Origin: Macrostomum hystrix
Lineage: Eukaryota; Animalia; Platyhelminthes
DNA: 64,000 bases
NCBI GenBank assembly: GCA_950097015.1
Contig: CATNEN010000030.1
Coordinates: 1,302,001 to 1,366,000, forward strand
Direction of reading: 5' to 3'
In this document: piece after piece, positions 13,101 through 25,570 of the stretch
How positions within the stretch are numbered: position 1 is the first letter of the stretch
Layout: each line of letters begins with the position of its first letter
Position numbers and translations under genes: made by a program
The notes under the pieces: model-generated
What the model saw: only the letters and a program-made list of their open reading frames with translations
Told to the model about the DNA's origin: nothing
The model's database searches: none

Positions 13101-13636
13101 CAAAATAGTGACTATATCGAGAAAATACTGTTCCGAAATAGCTACAAGCTATTGGAAATTCTTTTAAATAAAATAATCAATTCAGCTACAAGAACAAATG
13201 CACTATTACAACTAGCAGAATCTATACTTACAGTACAGTTTATAAATATAGAAATTGTAAGTATTAGGAATATAATTTCTTCCATTTTTTTCAATCTGAA
13301 TAGCATCAATTAGTTCTCATAATAAATTAGACAACTTCTAGCTAAAACTAAAACCTAAATGATTAATTTACTTACCAGGTTCAGCCTTTCCAAATGACAA
13401 GACATGCAGCTTATTCTTTCCAGGCGTCTCATCTTTTTCCTGACCAGAAGCATCACGATACTTCAGGTGGTACATTTTAGTAATATCGGGGACACTTTTT
13501 ATTAACAGCCTTAAGAATTTCTGCAACTTCTTTATTGTTATGGTGCTTGCCCCATTCTATTTTATCAATATCAATTGCGAAGACAAGGCAAACAGAACAC
13601 AATGCCACGAAAATTGAGAGTACAGTGAAGCTTCAT
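10140..13636 (-). CDS. Carboxypeptidase E/D-like metallocarboxypeptidase (M14B), 5 exons, about 482 aa after correcting three +1 frameshifts
   Basis: Exons 13636-13376, 12509-12157, 11871-11508, 11377-11155 and 10390-10140, all GT-AG and phase-compatible. Signal-peptide-like N-terminus; motifs [19 protein letters not shown] (His and Glu zinc ligands), [36 protein letters not shown] (catalytic Glu); C-terminal transthyretin-like segment (DGYYYRLL). Extra bases near 13630, near 13490 and at 12468. Confidence 0.9.
10437..10990. repeat. 44-bp minisatellite in carboxypeptidase intron 4, about 12 copies
   Basis: Unit CACGTGATTGGTGGAGTTTGATTGTGTAATCAGTAGCTTAGAAT; period measured from 10484 to 10528. 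Confidence 0.96.
11893..12122 (-). mobile_element. 5'-truncated SINE family 2 copy in carboxypeptidase intron 2
   Basis: Aligns by eye to 63490-63720 and 49070-49345, including the central GTGTGCCTGCGTACATTATCTGTGTGCGTGTGTGCTCAGGAGTCAG block and the (ATT)n tail. Confidence 0.8.
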
Positions 13637-14128
13637 GTTCTTAAGGGCAAAAAATATTTTTTTGCTGGTCGACTTCCCAATCAACCAGATAAATAATTAT
13701 CGGTCGTTCGCCTTCCGTACAAAAATTTAGTAGCGAAAAAGTTTATGTTTAAAAATTTGATGCGACGCAAAAACTTTGGCTTGATAGATATAACAAATAA
13801 GTTCTTATTTTAAGTGCAAAATGTATCGGTAAAGCTGATAGAGTACTTTTTCTAAGCGAAGTGATATATATGAACTATTTTATTTTGAAGATCAAACTAT
13901 AAAAAGTACAAATATAAGTTTTTTACGAGTACGAGCCATAATTGAAGTTATCTATTTTGCCCGAATTTTCGGCCTCTTAATTCATAAACAAGACTGGGAA
14001 CGATGTTAAAAGCATTTGTTTCCTAGACGAAATACTACTGTTTACTCGCATTGGATATACTGAAATATAAATGGATAATGGGAGCTATGTAGCTATGCAT
14101 ACATAAAAATTTATAGTTATATTTTTAT

Positions 14129-14230
14129 GATATAACTAGTGTACTGATATATATAAGTGTACTAATATATAAGATATAACTAGTGTACTGACACACTGAT
14201 ATAACTAGTGTATGATATATCTAGTGTACT
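14129..14230. repeat. Short degenerate repeat (GATATAACTAGTGTACT-like), about 5 copies
   Basis: Recurrent TAACTAGTGTA / TAAGTGTA motif. Confidence 0.6.
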
Positions 14231-15153
14231 AAAATTACAAAAAGTTCATTCATCAGCTAAGAAATCAAGTAAAAGTGTTTCTTAAAAAAACAGGAAATTT
14301 TATGCTTTCAAAACTAGAAAATTAAAAAGCTTTAGTAGCAACTTTCCGCCAAATAGGTCAAATATCCGAGCGATAAACAATAAGAAAGCAAGTTTGATTG
14401 TTATGCTGCAATCAATGATGACATCTTCTGCTTAGGTCTATTACCGCAAGTTTTAAATTTTATATTGAGTAGGTGAGTCAGTAAATATCTGATTTATGAG
14501 TACCATGCCACTTGTTTCACTAGTAAGAAGTGCAGCTCATATAATCACTTAAAATTGTTCTCGTCTATACATGTTATAGGCTTTTAGACTGAAGTAAAGT
14601 TTTGCAACGATAATTGATTCTTAGATTGTTTGATAGTTGTGTATGAGAATTTGTTTTAAGCAAGTGACTTGCTTTTGTATATGCGCTATGAATGAGCAAG
14701 ATGATCTGCGATTTTTCAAGATGCAAAAAAGCAGAATGCATCAACATTGACGGTAGCCTTAGAGGTTAGGCTCGATCAGTGGGTTGTTGGGTGCTTGCAC
14801 CGTCTGCCGGATTCGACCTTCAGTACATTGGTCGAATGTTAGTTTAGCTGATCCCCAAGCTGGATCTGTCCCTTTCACACTGTCAGGATGCGTCAGATGC
14901 CTTACCTAGGACTGGGATATCTGCTGTATGGCAAAAATGGCTTCCAGGAAATGTGCATCAAGCTGGATCACTATACATACTACCTGCAGGTTAATTGGCA
15001 CATCGGATTTACGAGCTACTGTATATTATTATTTTTTTAATTTAGTGTTATGCTACTCATGGAAGAAATTCAGAATGATATTTTTTCTTTGTATGTTCGT
15101 TTTCTCAATACATGGACTGCTTTAATGAAAAAAGATATAACCAAACCCGGCTA

Positions 15154-15313
15154 TGCTGGTACCCATTAGACAGCTGATGAACTGAAAAAATGCAGAGTTA
15201 ATTAAGTGTCTTGCTAAAGGCAACACACACATATTGTCTCAGTGAAGTCGGGAATCGAACCCCGACCTTCAAGCCGTGAGTATGACGCTCTAATCACTAT
15301 GCTACAAACCCCC
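15154..15313 (-). mobile_element. tRNA-derived CORE-type SINE (family 1): head plus CORE, no 3' tail
   Basis: Reverse complement has A-box TAGTGATTAGAGCG, B-box GGTTCGATTCCC and the CORE-like CCTTTAGCAAGACACTTAA...CAGTTCATCAGCTGTCTAATGGGTACCAGC. Matches 62844-63000. Confidence 0.8.
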
Positions 15314-15596
15314 TAATGGATTGAACGGAATTTAGATACAGCTGCTTTTTAACGGAAAATAGATGAGCTAATCACTTTTTAGTGATTAGTTAAAATGGAT
15401 TTAGTCAATAAAGGCAAATTACCCAACCAATCTAGAGATGATCTGTAAAATGTCACAAAATAGTTAAAAAATTCACGCAAAAGTGTGTACTTTTATAAGA
15501 AACTCGAGCCGTAATCCCAAGGCTTCCCAAAAACTTTTGTTTGTAATTTTTAGAAAATCTCTTAGGAAACCCTGAGCTGCTACTGCGTCCAGACAA

Positions 15597-15990
15597 GAAT
15601 TAGAACAGCTAGACTAGAATTAGAATAACTGGACTAGAATTAGAACAGCTGGACTAGAATTAGAACAGCTGGACTAGAATTAGAACAGCTAGACTAGAAT
15701 TAGAATAGCTGGACTAGAATTAGAACAGCTGGACTAGAATTAGAATAACTGGACTAGAATTAGAATAACTGGACTAGAATTAGAACAGCTGGACTAGAAT
15801 TAGAACAGCTGGACTAGAATTAGAATAACTGGACTAGAATTAGAACAGCTGGACTAGAATTAGAACAGCTGGACTAGAATTAGAACAGCTAGACTAGAAT
15901 TAGAATAGCTGGACTAGAATTAGAACAGCTGGACTAGAATTAGAACAGCTGGACTAGAATTAGAACAGCTAGACTAGAATAAGAACAGAA
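15597..15990. repeat. 20-bp minisatellite (TAGAACAGCTGGACTAGAAT), about 19 copies
   Basis: Direct periodicity. Confidence 0.96.
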
Positions 15991-17102
15991 CTTTCCGTGT
16001 CCTAGAGCCTGTCAAAATAAAAAAAGATCAAATCGATTGTGTGCAGTTTAACCATTTTTTAAAACAAACAAAAACGAAAAATTACGAGTAAGTCAGTCTA
16101 GTTCGGTGACAAATCGAGTGCTTTTAGAAGCAAGTCAAAACTATTTTCTAGCAGTTCAGTCTTCTTTATTATAATAAAGCTAATTTGCTTTGAACTGTCT
16201 ATCCAAGAATCCTATTTTAACATCCAAATTGTCACACGAATGTCGACTGGCCGGAATTGAACTTTTCCAATCGGAGTTTTCCACGTTCTATTGCTTTTTA
16301 AGGATATATTAAGCGACCAGAATAAACAATTTCTCACGGAGTACAAATATTATAAGATGACATTTAATAACAAAAAGATGACACGGAACAAAAATTAAAC
16401 GCACACATAGAGACCACTAGATAGCAAATAAGGCGAATGAATGCAAGATGTTAAGAACACACGAGGACACAAAAAATGAAGACAAATATTTAATCAAAAT
16501 GACGACCAGAGATTTTAATAGTAGAAAGAGCTTACAGATAGATTGCTAGAACTGAATAAAACGTAAGAGAAATGCAGGTGCAGCGAAAACTGAGCACCTA
16601 ACAAATATATTGCACCAGCTGCTTGAAGATACAAGGCTTTTAGTTTCTTGAACAAAAAATGTACTTAAAAGAATAAATGAAAACTAAAAGTAATAAAGTC
16701 TTAACACGTGAAACAAAATTTGATGATTTTTAGAGAAGCGAACTGCTTCTAACAGGTTGACAACTCCTGCAATAAAAAACTGCCAGATCTACCTATTAAT
16801 CAGAGGAGCCAAGAGCTTTAAAATGTCAGGCATCTGTTCCTACCAATCCTGTCAAATGCATTCAGTTAGACAAGACAAACCAACACGAACACACTCAGAA
16901 TGATGTTAAGAAAACTACGAAGAATCCTATAGTTAGAGACGATCGATTCAATAAGTCAGCGAAGTTGGACTGTCAAGACTAGAAACACCAACATTTGAGC
17001 TTTCGAAAGCTAATCAATTATACTATTTGACAAACAAGCCCTCTATTTCTGCTTAAAACGGAACACAACAATGAGCTAAAGAAAGTTTGTCTTTTTAACT
17101 CT

Positions 17103-20027
17103 TCAGAGGAAGAACAGCCGGTCGCAGATATGAGGGCTAGGCTCCTCCATGAGGTTCTGGCCCACCAGGTAAGCCAGCCTGTGCGCATAGTGGCAAGGTG
17201 CCGGGACTCGAATGGTGCCAGGCCAATTAAAGTACAGGTGAGTCAGCTTGTAGGTAAGCTGCTGCACCTGGTCCGGCTTTATGTTGGCATCGTTGAAGTC
17301 TTCAATCATATTATAATGTGTGGGGGTGACGGTCCCCTGGTTCACATACTGTGAAACCAGAAAGAAGTCGACGAAATTCGGCATGGTGATGACGTCATCC
17401 AGCACGGTGCCAGGAGCCGGGTTCCTGAGCTGGGCGCCCATCTTGCGGAAGAGGCGAGAGCTGACGAGCTTTTTTACCACGATGGCCTTAAAGCCGAGGC
17501 TGCTGATTTTGTCACCGTAAATCTTGGAGAGGGACTGCTTGAGCTGTAGCAGCTCTGAGTTCTTCACCTGCGAATAGGAAGAGTTGTGGCAAAATAATTA
17601 GCATGGAATCAAGCAAAAGCTATGAAGTGCTAACACAGTCGCAGCTCTTTTTTAACTCACCTCCTCCAGCATGGAGTCACCGACACCATCGCGGTACAGG
17701 ATGATGCGCGTCGGCAGATCGCCGTTTTTCTCCCTGAACTTCTGCAGCGCCATCGTAAAGCCAACCTCGAGGCGCTTGTGCAGCTCAGCCTTGCCGCCCT
17801 TGACAATAGGCGAGTACGAATAGTACTGCGTGAAGGTTTCGTTCAGAGAGAACACCACGCCCTGCACGGAGACGCTCTGCCTCTTGTCGTGGTAGCTGTC
17901 CATGCCCACTATCATTGTGCGCTTCATGGGGACTGTCACAGCCCAGGCGATGCCGCCCAGCTTGCAGGAGATCTGCAGCGCCACTTTCGTTGCCACCGAC
18001 ATCACCTTGGCGGGATTGCGGATGGTCTTTGTCAGCACGCACTGGCTGGGCACCGGCTTGTTGACATAGCACAAGCGCTTGATTGCGTCATAGCGCTGCT
18101 TCTTATTGCTGGGCAGCAGGCAGAACACCAGATCTAGCTCCTGGTTAATGTTTTCCTCGATGGTCTTCACCCACAGCTGGTCGCGATCTTGGGGCACTGC
18201 CAACACGTAGGGCTCGCCAAAGGACATGCCGAGCGACTGGGAGGCCCGGCTGAGCTTCTGGCAAAAGTCGGCGGCCGCCTGCTCATCCCGTTGGAAGTAG
18301 ACAAAGATCCAGTTCTTGCAGTTCACTGGCTGGTACATGCCGTTACTCTTAAGCGCATTGTCCCAATCCGCTCGCTCTGGATCAACCTTAACCGGCCGCG
18401 ACATCTGGACGGTCTCTGGGGCCAGCTGGCGGGCGGTGGCCTCCACCGGATTGGGCGTCACAGTCAGGCCGAACTCGCCCAGCACCTGCTGACACCTTTG
18501 ATTCTGGGCCATTGTGCGAGCAAAGTTCACCAGTTTGCCGCAGCGGGTGGCAGGGTCAATACGCGTGAACGTAGCCAGGTCCTTCATGAGATTGCGGTCG
18601 GCGCGCATATCATCGGTGAGGCCGGTCATGTAGCAGATCTCTGGCGGCAGCAGAGTGTTTTCCGCAATCTCGCGACGACCTCCCTTAGTTGGTGGCAGGT
18701 CGCGTTTGCGCGGCTTCGACACAAGCAGGGGCTGTTCTAGATCAGTTAGCTTGACGTTGTATGTCAAGGCAAAATACTGCGCCAATGAAAGCGTCTCATC
18801 CTCATGAGTGGTCCGATTGCGCCTGGTAAAGGTCTCGCTAACACGCTTCTCCCACTCGATGCCATCAATGCGATAGGTCTTGTTGTTGTGACGCGTGATC
18901 ACAATCTGGCCAACAAGGGCGTCTGTGACAGCAGCTTGAAAGTTTGAAACTCTATTGAACATTTCGTACATGACATCCAGCACAGTGCTTGTGTGAATGA
19001 TTTTATGTGATACGTCGACGTGTAGCATGAGGGGACCATCAGACGGCTTAATAGCCATTTCGAAGCCAGGCCACACCTATAAATAAATAAATTAGTTTTT
19101 GTACTTGACACTTGTCGCTTTTTTGTAAAAGGGAAGCAACGCTAGAGTTAATGCGTTGGAAATAATATTTACATTATAAAAACTGCACAAAAACTCACCT
19201 CCATGCGGTGTTGGGGAAGCTTGGTGGCTTGCTCCGGATAGTAGAAGTTGCGGCCGACCATCTGCATATTCATGTGAACTTGAGTCTTGCCTCAGCACAA
19301 CATTCATCAGGTGAAGCCACTGCGGAGTGTTTTTGCCAATCACGCCAACCTGCCTAATGGCCACCTCACCGCTCCAGGATTTGATGCTAGTAGAGAACTT
19401 GATTCCCTCCGCCGAAGCTAAAGGTCGCCTGGTGTACAGGCAGCCACCATCGTACACGAATGGCTTTGGCACCTGCTCGGCATCATTGAGAAGCTTTTCT
19501 CGCAGCGGCTTAGCCCCGAGCATTGGGCGAAAGTCCGCAGCCAGCTGGTAGGCGCACCAGTTGCTCTCTGTGTCTATACGAACAAAATTAGTGACCACCT
19601 GGATAGCACTGCCACTGGCACCTTTCTTGCTCACATTGCCGCTTGGCTTCACGTTAGCCAGCTGAAACCGGAGCAGCTTCCGTTGAAGACCGCCGCGCTC
19701 TGCACCAGGCTCGCCAACCCGCATAGCGGCCATTTGCTCAGCCAGATTACCAGGATCCCCAGATGGCTGCAGGACGCCACCACGTTCAACAGCGCGGCCG
19801 ACTCCGCGCCCACCACTGGCTTGATCGACTAGCGGTCCAGCAGCAACTTTAGGCGGAGCACTGAGGCCCGGAGGTGGCGCAGGGCATGGAGCAGTGGCTG
19901 TGGCAGAGGGAGCAGTGGCAGCAGCAGGACCAGCTGGCACAGGAGCAAAGGTGGACGACGAAAGCTCTTCCGGTCGCGGGCCTGCTCTACCGCGCGCGCG
20001 ACCACGACCTTTAGGCTGCTGCGACAT
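17103..20027 (-). CDS. piwi: PIWI-clade Argonaute, 3 exons, about 902 aa after correcting one +1 frameshift near 19289
   Basis: Exons 20027-19199, 19076-17661 and 17567-17103, GT-AG, phase 0. N-terminal GRGRARGRA motif; PAZ (NNKTYRIDGIEW...QPLLVSKP); MID residues (RYDAIK, SQCV, QISCKLGG); PIWI tetrad in GMDSYHD, KAELHK, YRDGVGD and YAHRLA; C-terminal DRLFFL. Confidence 0.96.
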
Positions 20028-21780
20028 GGTGTCCTGATAGACGAATTAAAATTATCTGAAATTATACAATGGTATTAACATTTAATAAACTTGCAAAAAA
20101 TATTTTACATCTCATAATACCAATATTTTGTACTTGTAGTTAAAAAGTTTAAAAAAATTTAAAATTTTTACTCAAGTACTAGCTGTTTCGGACAGTGGGC
20201 TACAATTATATGAAAATATACATTTTTATATAAGTTTTATAAGTTTTACATATACACTTTTGAATTTAAGAAACATTTGTTAAACATCAAAACAAACCTT
20301 AAGTTGTTAACTATGTACATAAGTGTTAATTAAAATCTGTAAAATTTAATGTATTTTTTACTATTCTTTTTGTAAAAACAATTTTTATTTCTGGAATGGG
20401 CTTTGAGAAAATCTTACTTGACTTAAGTCAGAAAAGCAGTAGAACAAATGGTTTGAAAAGGCACTGGCTTTTTAAGGATACTATACTATTACTAGGTTTG
20501 GAGAATGCCACAAGCTGCCATAGTCCGGATCATGTCCTTTACGCCAGAGATCTCCGGCGTAAATCTGGTTTGGGATCGGAGGCTGGCGTAAGTGCTTGGC
20601 GTAAGTATAGGCCAAAATGTGCCTTGGCGTAAGTGCTTGGCGTAAGTTCATGGCATAAATCAAATCATAAATCAAATCATATGATAAACCTAAATGGTGT
20701 GGACTGTGGAAATTCATGCAGGATAAGTTATATATGATACAAACTTTGTCAATAGGCTATATATTTAGGAATTAAGAAATAGGAATCAGGGAGTAGGAAT
20801 CAGGAAGCATATTAATTCTTATTAAAGTATTTAATATTTTACTTAGGTCCTATAAAACTGCTAAACATTTATAAAAATTGTACATAAGCCCACTTAGATC
20901 ACATTCAGTTTTTTCAGTTTAACTTATAGATAGGCCAGGCCTAGAAGTAAGCCACAAGCTACATCTACAATACTTAAAAATAAATGACTAAAAATGAAAA
21001 CACCAATGCGTTTTCTCATGGAGATAGGTCATTTCTCTAAAATCATTTACTACTTACAATCTTAATATATAATGTGCGGCAACAATTCGAAGTCGCGACA
21101 CGTGCGCAGTCTGATCAAACTGTGCGCAAACTGAAAATAAAAATATGGAATGGTTTGGTAAAAGTAAATAAAAGTTCAAACAAAACTAACATACTTATAA
21201 TTTTTTTTCAAAAATTTATAAGGCTAGATTGCAGCTATTATTGTATATTTTGTATAATAAGTAAAATTTTTGCAGTGCTATAAATATTTTACTTTAGAAT
21301 TGCGGCATATTCTTCCGGCACAACCATATCATTACGCAACCAAAGTATTGTTATTTTTGAACAATTGAAAATGCAGTTATTAAAAAGTATACTTTGTTGT
21401 AGCCTTAAAACGCACATTTGATGCCTTAAATACTTGACATATACCAAGAACCACTGTAGTACACTACAGTTAAATGATACAGTTGGTCCGGCATACTAGT
21501 GCAACACGTACATGGTAATTTCGTAATTTAGTCATCGTACATTTTGCTTAATTGAAAGCTAGAGGCCTCGAGATTTCGGCATCATTGCACACTCGTCAAA
21601 TCCTCGATGTCCATCTGTCAACACTTATGAATACAACCCCATTTTCATCTATACACTTAATTATTAATGTCCATTTATGATGACTTATTGCAGCTATCGT
21701 AACTTTTCAACCCCTCATTTTTATCTATCCACACTCCTCAACTGTTGTATTCTTTAAGTAACGAATACAGAGATTCCAAT

Positions 21781-22075
21781 TGTAGTGTTGGTAAATGTAA
21801 GTATAGCGCCGAAAGGAGCACTCGGCAGTCGACTGGATAAGCGGATATTTGTAACAGCAGTATTATTAAATACTGGAAAGGTCTTGAGCGTGTGCACCGC
21901 GCGGGGGTTTCTATTTATAGCCTGGGGAGCGAGTGGGAGAACTTTCTAGAAAGTTCTCATAGATAGCCCGCGGGGGAGGCGCAGAGAAGATTCTGGAAAC
22001 AACAGAGTATTATAACAAGTGGTAGAAAGTTCTAGAAAACTATTTACGGAATTATCGCAACGAAAACCCACAACA
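21781..22075 (-). mobile_element. Probable solo LTR (295 bp)
   Basis: On the minus strand it runs TGTTGTG...CACTACA (TG...CA with short terminal inverted repeats) and has a TATAAATAG box. Flanks CCAAT / TCAAC are only an imperfect TSD. Confidence 0.5.
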
Positions 22076-23289
22076 TCAACTGCATCATGTCATACATCTA
22101 TCTACCCTCCTCAACCCCCAATGTCCATCTAAAATCTCAAGAATTACAAGTTCTGCAGGCAGTAGCAGCTGCTTTGTATATTTTAGTCGCGGTTTTCGCA
22201 TACAGTCCTATTGGTCAGCTCGCTTGCCAGCAGTAATAATGCTGACTGGAGCCATCCTATTGGCTATGAGAAATTCAAACAGGGATTTGGGACGAATTTC
22301 GGTACCGAAAAAATGGACAAATGACCGACAAGTTTGCATGCCATCCAAATGTGACCCTCTAAATCTCGAAGACTATATTTTTAAGCTTCGATACTTGTGC
22401 CCCGAATATAAACTAAAGAGTCCTGTTATATTGTAAGCTGGTTTTCTCATTTCCTAACTTCTTAAATTTTAAGGTAAGTTTTGCAACTCAGATGGCTTTC
22501 TATTCTACTCAGAATTTTTTGAGATTTATAACCAGGAGACTTTGTAACCAGTATATCATTTGCTTTGAATTTCATTGTCAAACAGCCATGTTAAAAATGA
22601 TTTACAGATTTTTATTTGAATCGTTATTTCACATACTGAATTCAGTTTTATCAAAGTCTGTCAATCTGAAATCTTCCGAAATTCACAATTCGTTCGTTGC
22701 ATGTATAAAGCTGCCGTCTCTTTCACAGGCTTGTCATAAAATCTACGAAAGTGAAGCAATTAGCAGTACAGGTCGGCGACTACTTTGGCCCGTCTGGAAA
22801 GCAGAAATAGAAGGAGAAGCTTTTGCGGATGCGGCATTGCTGAAAATTAGAGGTGAAAAATTATCGGGAAAAAGGACAGAAAAGTGGCAGCCGCTAAGTT
22901 CTGCGGACGTGCGCGATGCATGAAGCTAAAGTAAAATGTACTTTCTTCTGTTCTAGTCTTTCGCTTCGGGAAATTTTTTTTAACCTGTCGGCTTTTTGGT
23001 CCCAACGTCTGTTTCTACTAGGAGAAGAATTGGAATTCCTTGACTTCCAACGTTTTAGTATCGGTGTTTGTTTTCTTTCAATTTAGTCTGGCAATTAGAG
23101 TTGCGACAGCCACACTTTACCATTTGACTCGGAAAACTAGAATATGGCCTTCAAACTCACCGTATTCCCAATCCATCATTTCTTTCGGATAAGAATATTC
23201 TTCCGAATCCTAAAATCCAATTAACTGGAATCCCATGTTAAATGACATCCCCACTTCTCGATATCCCTATTTTTAGAACTCTCAGTTTT

Positions 23290-24275
23290 TCTGAATCCCA
23301 ACATCATGAAATCCCAGTTTGCCTGAATCCCAATCCTCTTCGAAATTCCAGTTTGCCTGAATCCCAATCAAATGAAATCCCAGTTCGCCTGAGTCACAAT
23401 CCTCTTTGAAATCCCAGTTTGCTCTGAATCCCAATCAAATGAAATCCCATTTTGCCTGAATCCCAATCGAATGAAATCCCAGTTCGCCTGAATCACAATC
23501 CTCTTTGAAATCCCAGTTTGCCTGAATCCCAATCCTCTTTGAAATCCCAGTTTGCTCTGAATCCCAATCCTCTTTGAAATCCCAGTTTGCTCTGAATCCC
23601 AATCCTCTTTGAAATCCCAGTTTGCTCTGAATCCCAATCCTCTTTGAAATCCCAGTTTGCTCTGAATCCCCATCCTCTTTGAAATCCCAGTTTGCTCTGA
23701 ATCCCCATCCTCTTTGAAATCACAGTTTGCTCTGAATCCCCATCCTCTTTGAAATCCCATTTTGCTCTGAATCCCAATCCTCTTTGAAATCCCAGTTTGC
23801 CTGAATCCCCATCCTCTTTGAAATCCCATTTTGCTCTGAATCCCCATCCTCTTTGAAATCCCATTTTGCTCTGAATCCCCATCCTCTTTGAAATCCCAGT
23901 TTGCCTGAATCCCCATCCTCTTTGAAATCCCAGTTTGCCTGAATCCCCATCCTCTTTGAAATCACAGTTTGCTCTGAATCCCCATCCTCTTTGAAATCCC
24001 ATTTTGCTCTGAATCCCCATCCTCTTTGAAATCCCATTTTGCTCTGAATCTAAATGGAATGAAATCCCAGGTTGCATGAATCCCGATCCTCTTTGAAATC
24101 CCAGATTTTCTGAATCCCAATAGAATGAAATCCCAGATTTTCTGAATCCCAATAGAATGAAATCCCAGATTTTCTGAATCCCAATAGAATGAAATCCCAG
24201 ATTTTCTGAATCCCAATAGATTGAAATCCCATTTTTCCTGAATCCCAATCGAATGAAATCCCAGTTTGCCGAATT
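23290..24275. repeat. 33/35-bp minisatellite (GCTCTGAATCCCAATCCTCTTTGAAATCCCAGTTT), itself a dimer of a ~17-bp GAA(A)TCCCA unit
   Basis: Period measured from 23531 to 23566. ORFs 23368-24281 are its translation. Confidence 0.95.
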
Positions 24276-24725
24276 CCTCATTTCTTCAACTCACTCTCTA
24301 AATATTTCTAATTACTTATGTATTAAAGGTATTGATGTTCAATGCCATGAACAGTGCAGCCATGAAGCGAGACCAGCAACATAGAATGGAAATGCCTGAG
24401 CAACAGAAACTAATGCATACGTTCAGCCTCAGTTCTGCAATTCAAATGCATGCGTAATTTGCATGCGGCATATGGGCAAACAGCTTTGCTTTACCAGCAG
24501 CCCTGACACACCCAATTGAGCTGGTAAGAAAGCTTATTTACATTCTGCCAGTAGAAGGGCTTGTCATTAATTTCCCCAAAATTTTTTCTAGAAAAAATTG
24601 TTTTCCAACTGCCAAGCTTGTTTAACTGTGAAGATTGTGTAATAGAAAATTAATGCGATTAAGTGAATTAAATTTCAACGCGTTCCTTCACTTCCGTTGT
24701 CCTATGACTGACAGACTGTACCCTG

Positions 24726-25106
24726 ACATACTGTACTCAAGCTCTGACTGACATACTGTACTCAAGCTCTGACTGACATACTGTACTCAAGCTCTGACTG
24801 AAATACTGTACTCAAGCTCTGACTGACATACTGTACTCAAGCTCTGACTGACATACTGTACTCAAGCTCTGACTGACATACTGTACTCAAGCTCTGACTG
24901 ACATACTGTACTCAAGCTCTGACTGACATACTGTACTCAAGCTCTGACTGACATACTGTACTCAAGCTCTGACTGACATACTGTACTCAAGCTCTGACTG
25001 ACATACTGTACTCAAGCTCTGACTGACATACTGTACTCAAGCTCTGACTGACATACTGTACTCAAGCTCTGACTGACATACTGTACTCAAGCTCTGACTG
25101 ACATAC
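24726..25106. repeat. 25-bp near-perfect minisatellite (GACTGACATACTGTACTCAAGCTCT), about 15 copies
   Basis: Period measured from 24731 to 24756. Confidence 0.97.
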
Positions 25107-25570
25107 TCTCCTTCTCCCACTCTGTCTCTCAAACTCTCATTCTCCCACTCTCCCTCTCACGCTCTCCCTCTCACGCTCTCCCTCTCCCACTCTCCCTCTC
25201 ACGCTCTCCCTCTCCCGCTCTCCTTCTCACACTCTCCCTCTCACGCTCTCCCTCTCCCACTCTCCCTCTCACGCTCTCCCTCTCTCACTCTCCTTCTCAC
25301 ACTTTCCCTCTCACGCTCTCCCTCTCTCACTCTCCCTCTCCCACTCTCCTTCTCACGCTCTCCCTCTCACGCTCTCCCTCTCCCACTCTCCCTCTCTCAC
25401 TCTCCCTCTCCCACTCTCCCTCTCACGCTCTCCCTCTCCCACTCTCCCTCTCCCACTCTCCCTCTCCCACTCTCCTTCTCACGCTCTCCCTCTCACGCTC
25501 TCCCTCTCCCACTCTCCCTCTCTCACTCTCCCTCTCCCACTCTCCCTCTCTCACTCCCTCATTCTCTCGT
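25107..25570. repeat. 14-bp polypyrimidine minisatellite (CTCTCCCTCTCACG / CTCTCCCTCTCCCA)
   Basis: Direct reading; abuts the 25-bp array. Confidence 0.93.

Noticed and set aside
15170-15195. Hammerhead ribozyme core CTGATGA (also 46140-46149 on the minus strand and CTGATCGA near 14785)
   Set aside because: No stem II followed by GAAA and no stem I/III pairing.
22492-22923. 143-aa + strand ORF
   Set aside because: No recognisable motif, AT-rich composition and no splice support.
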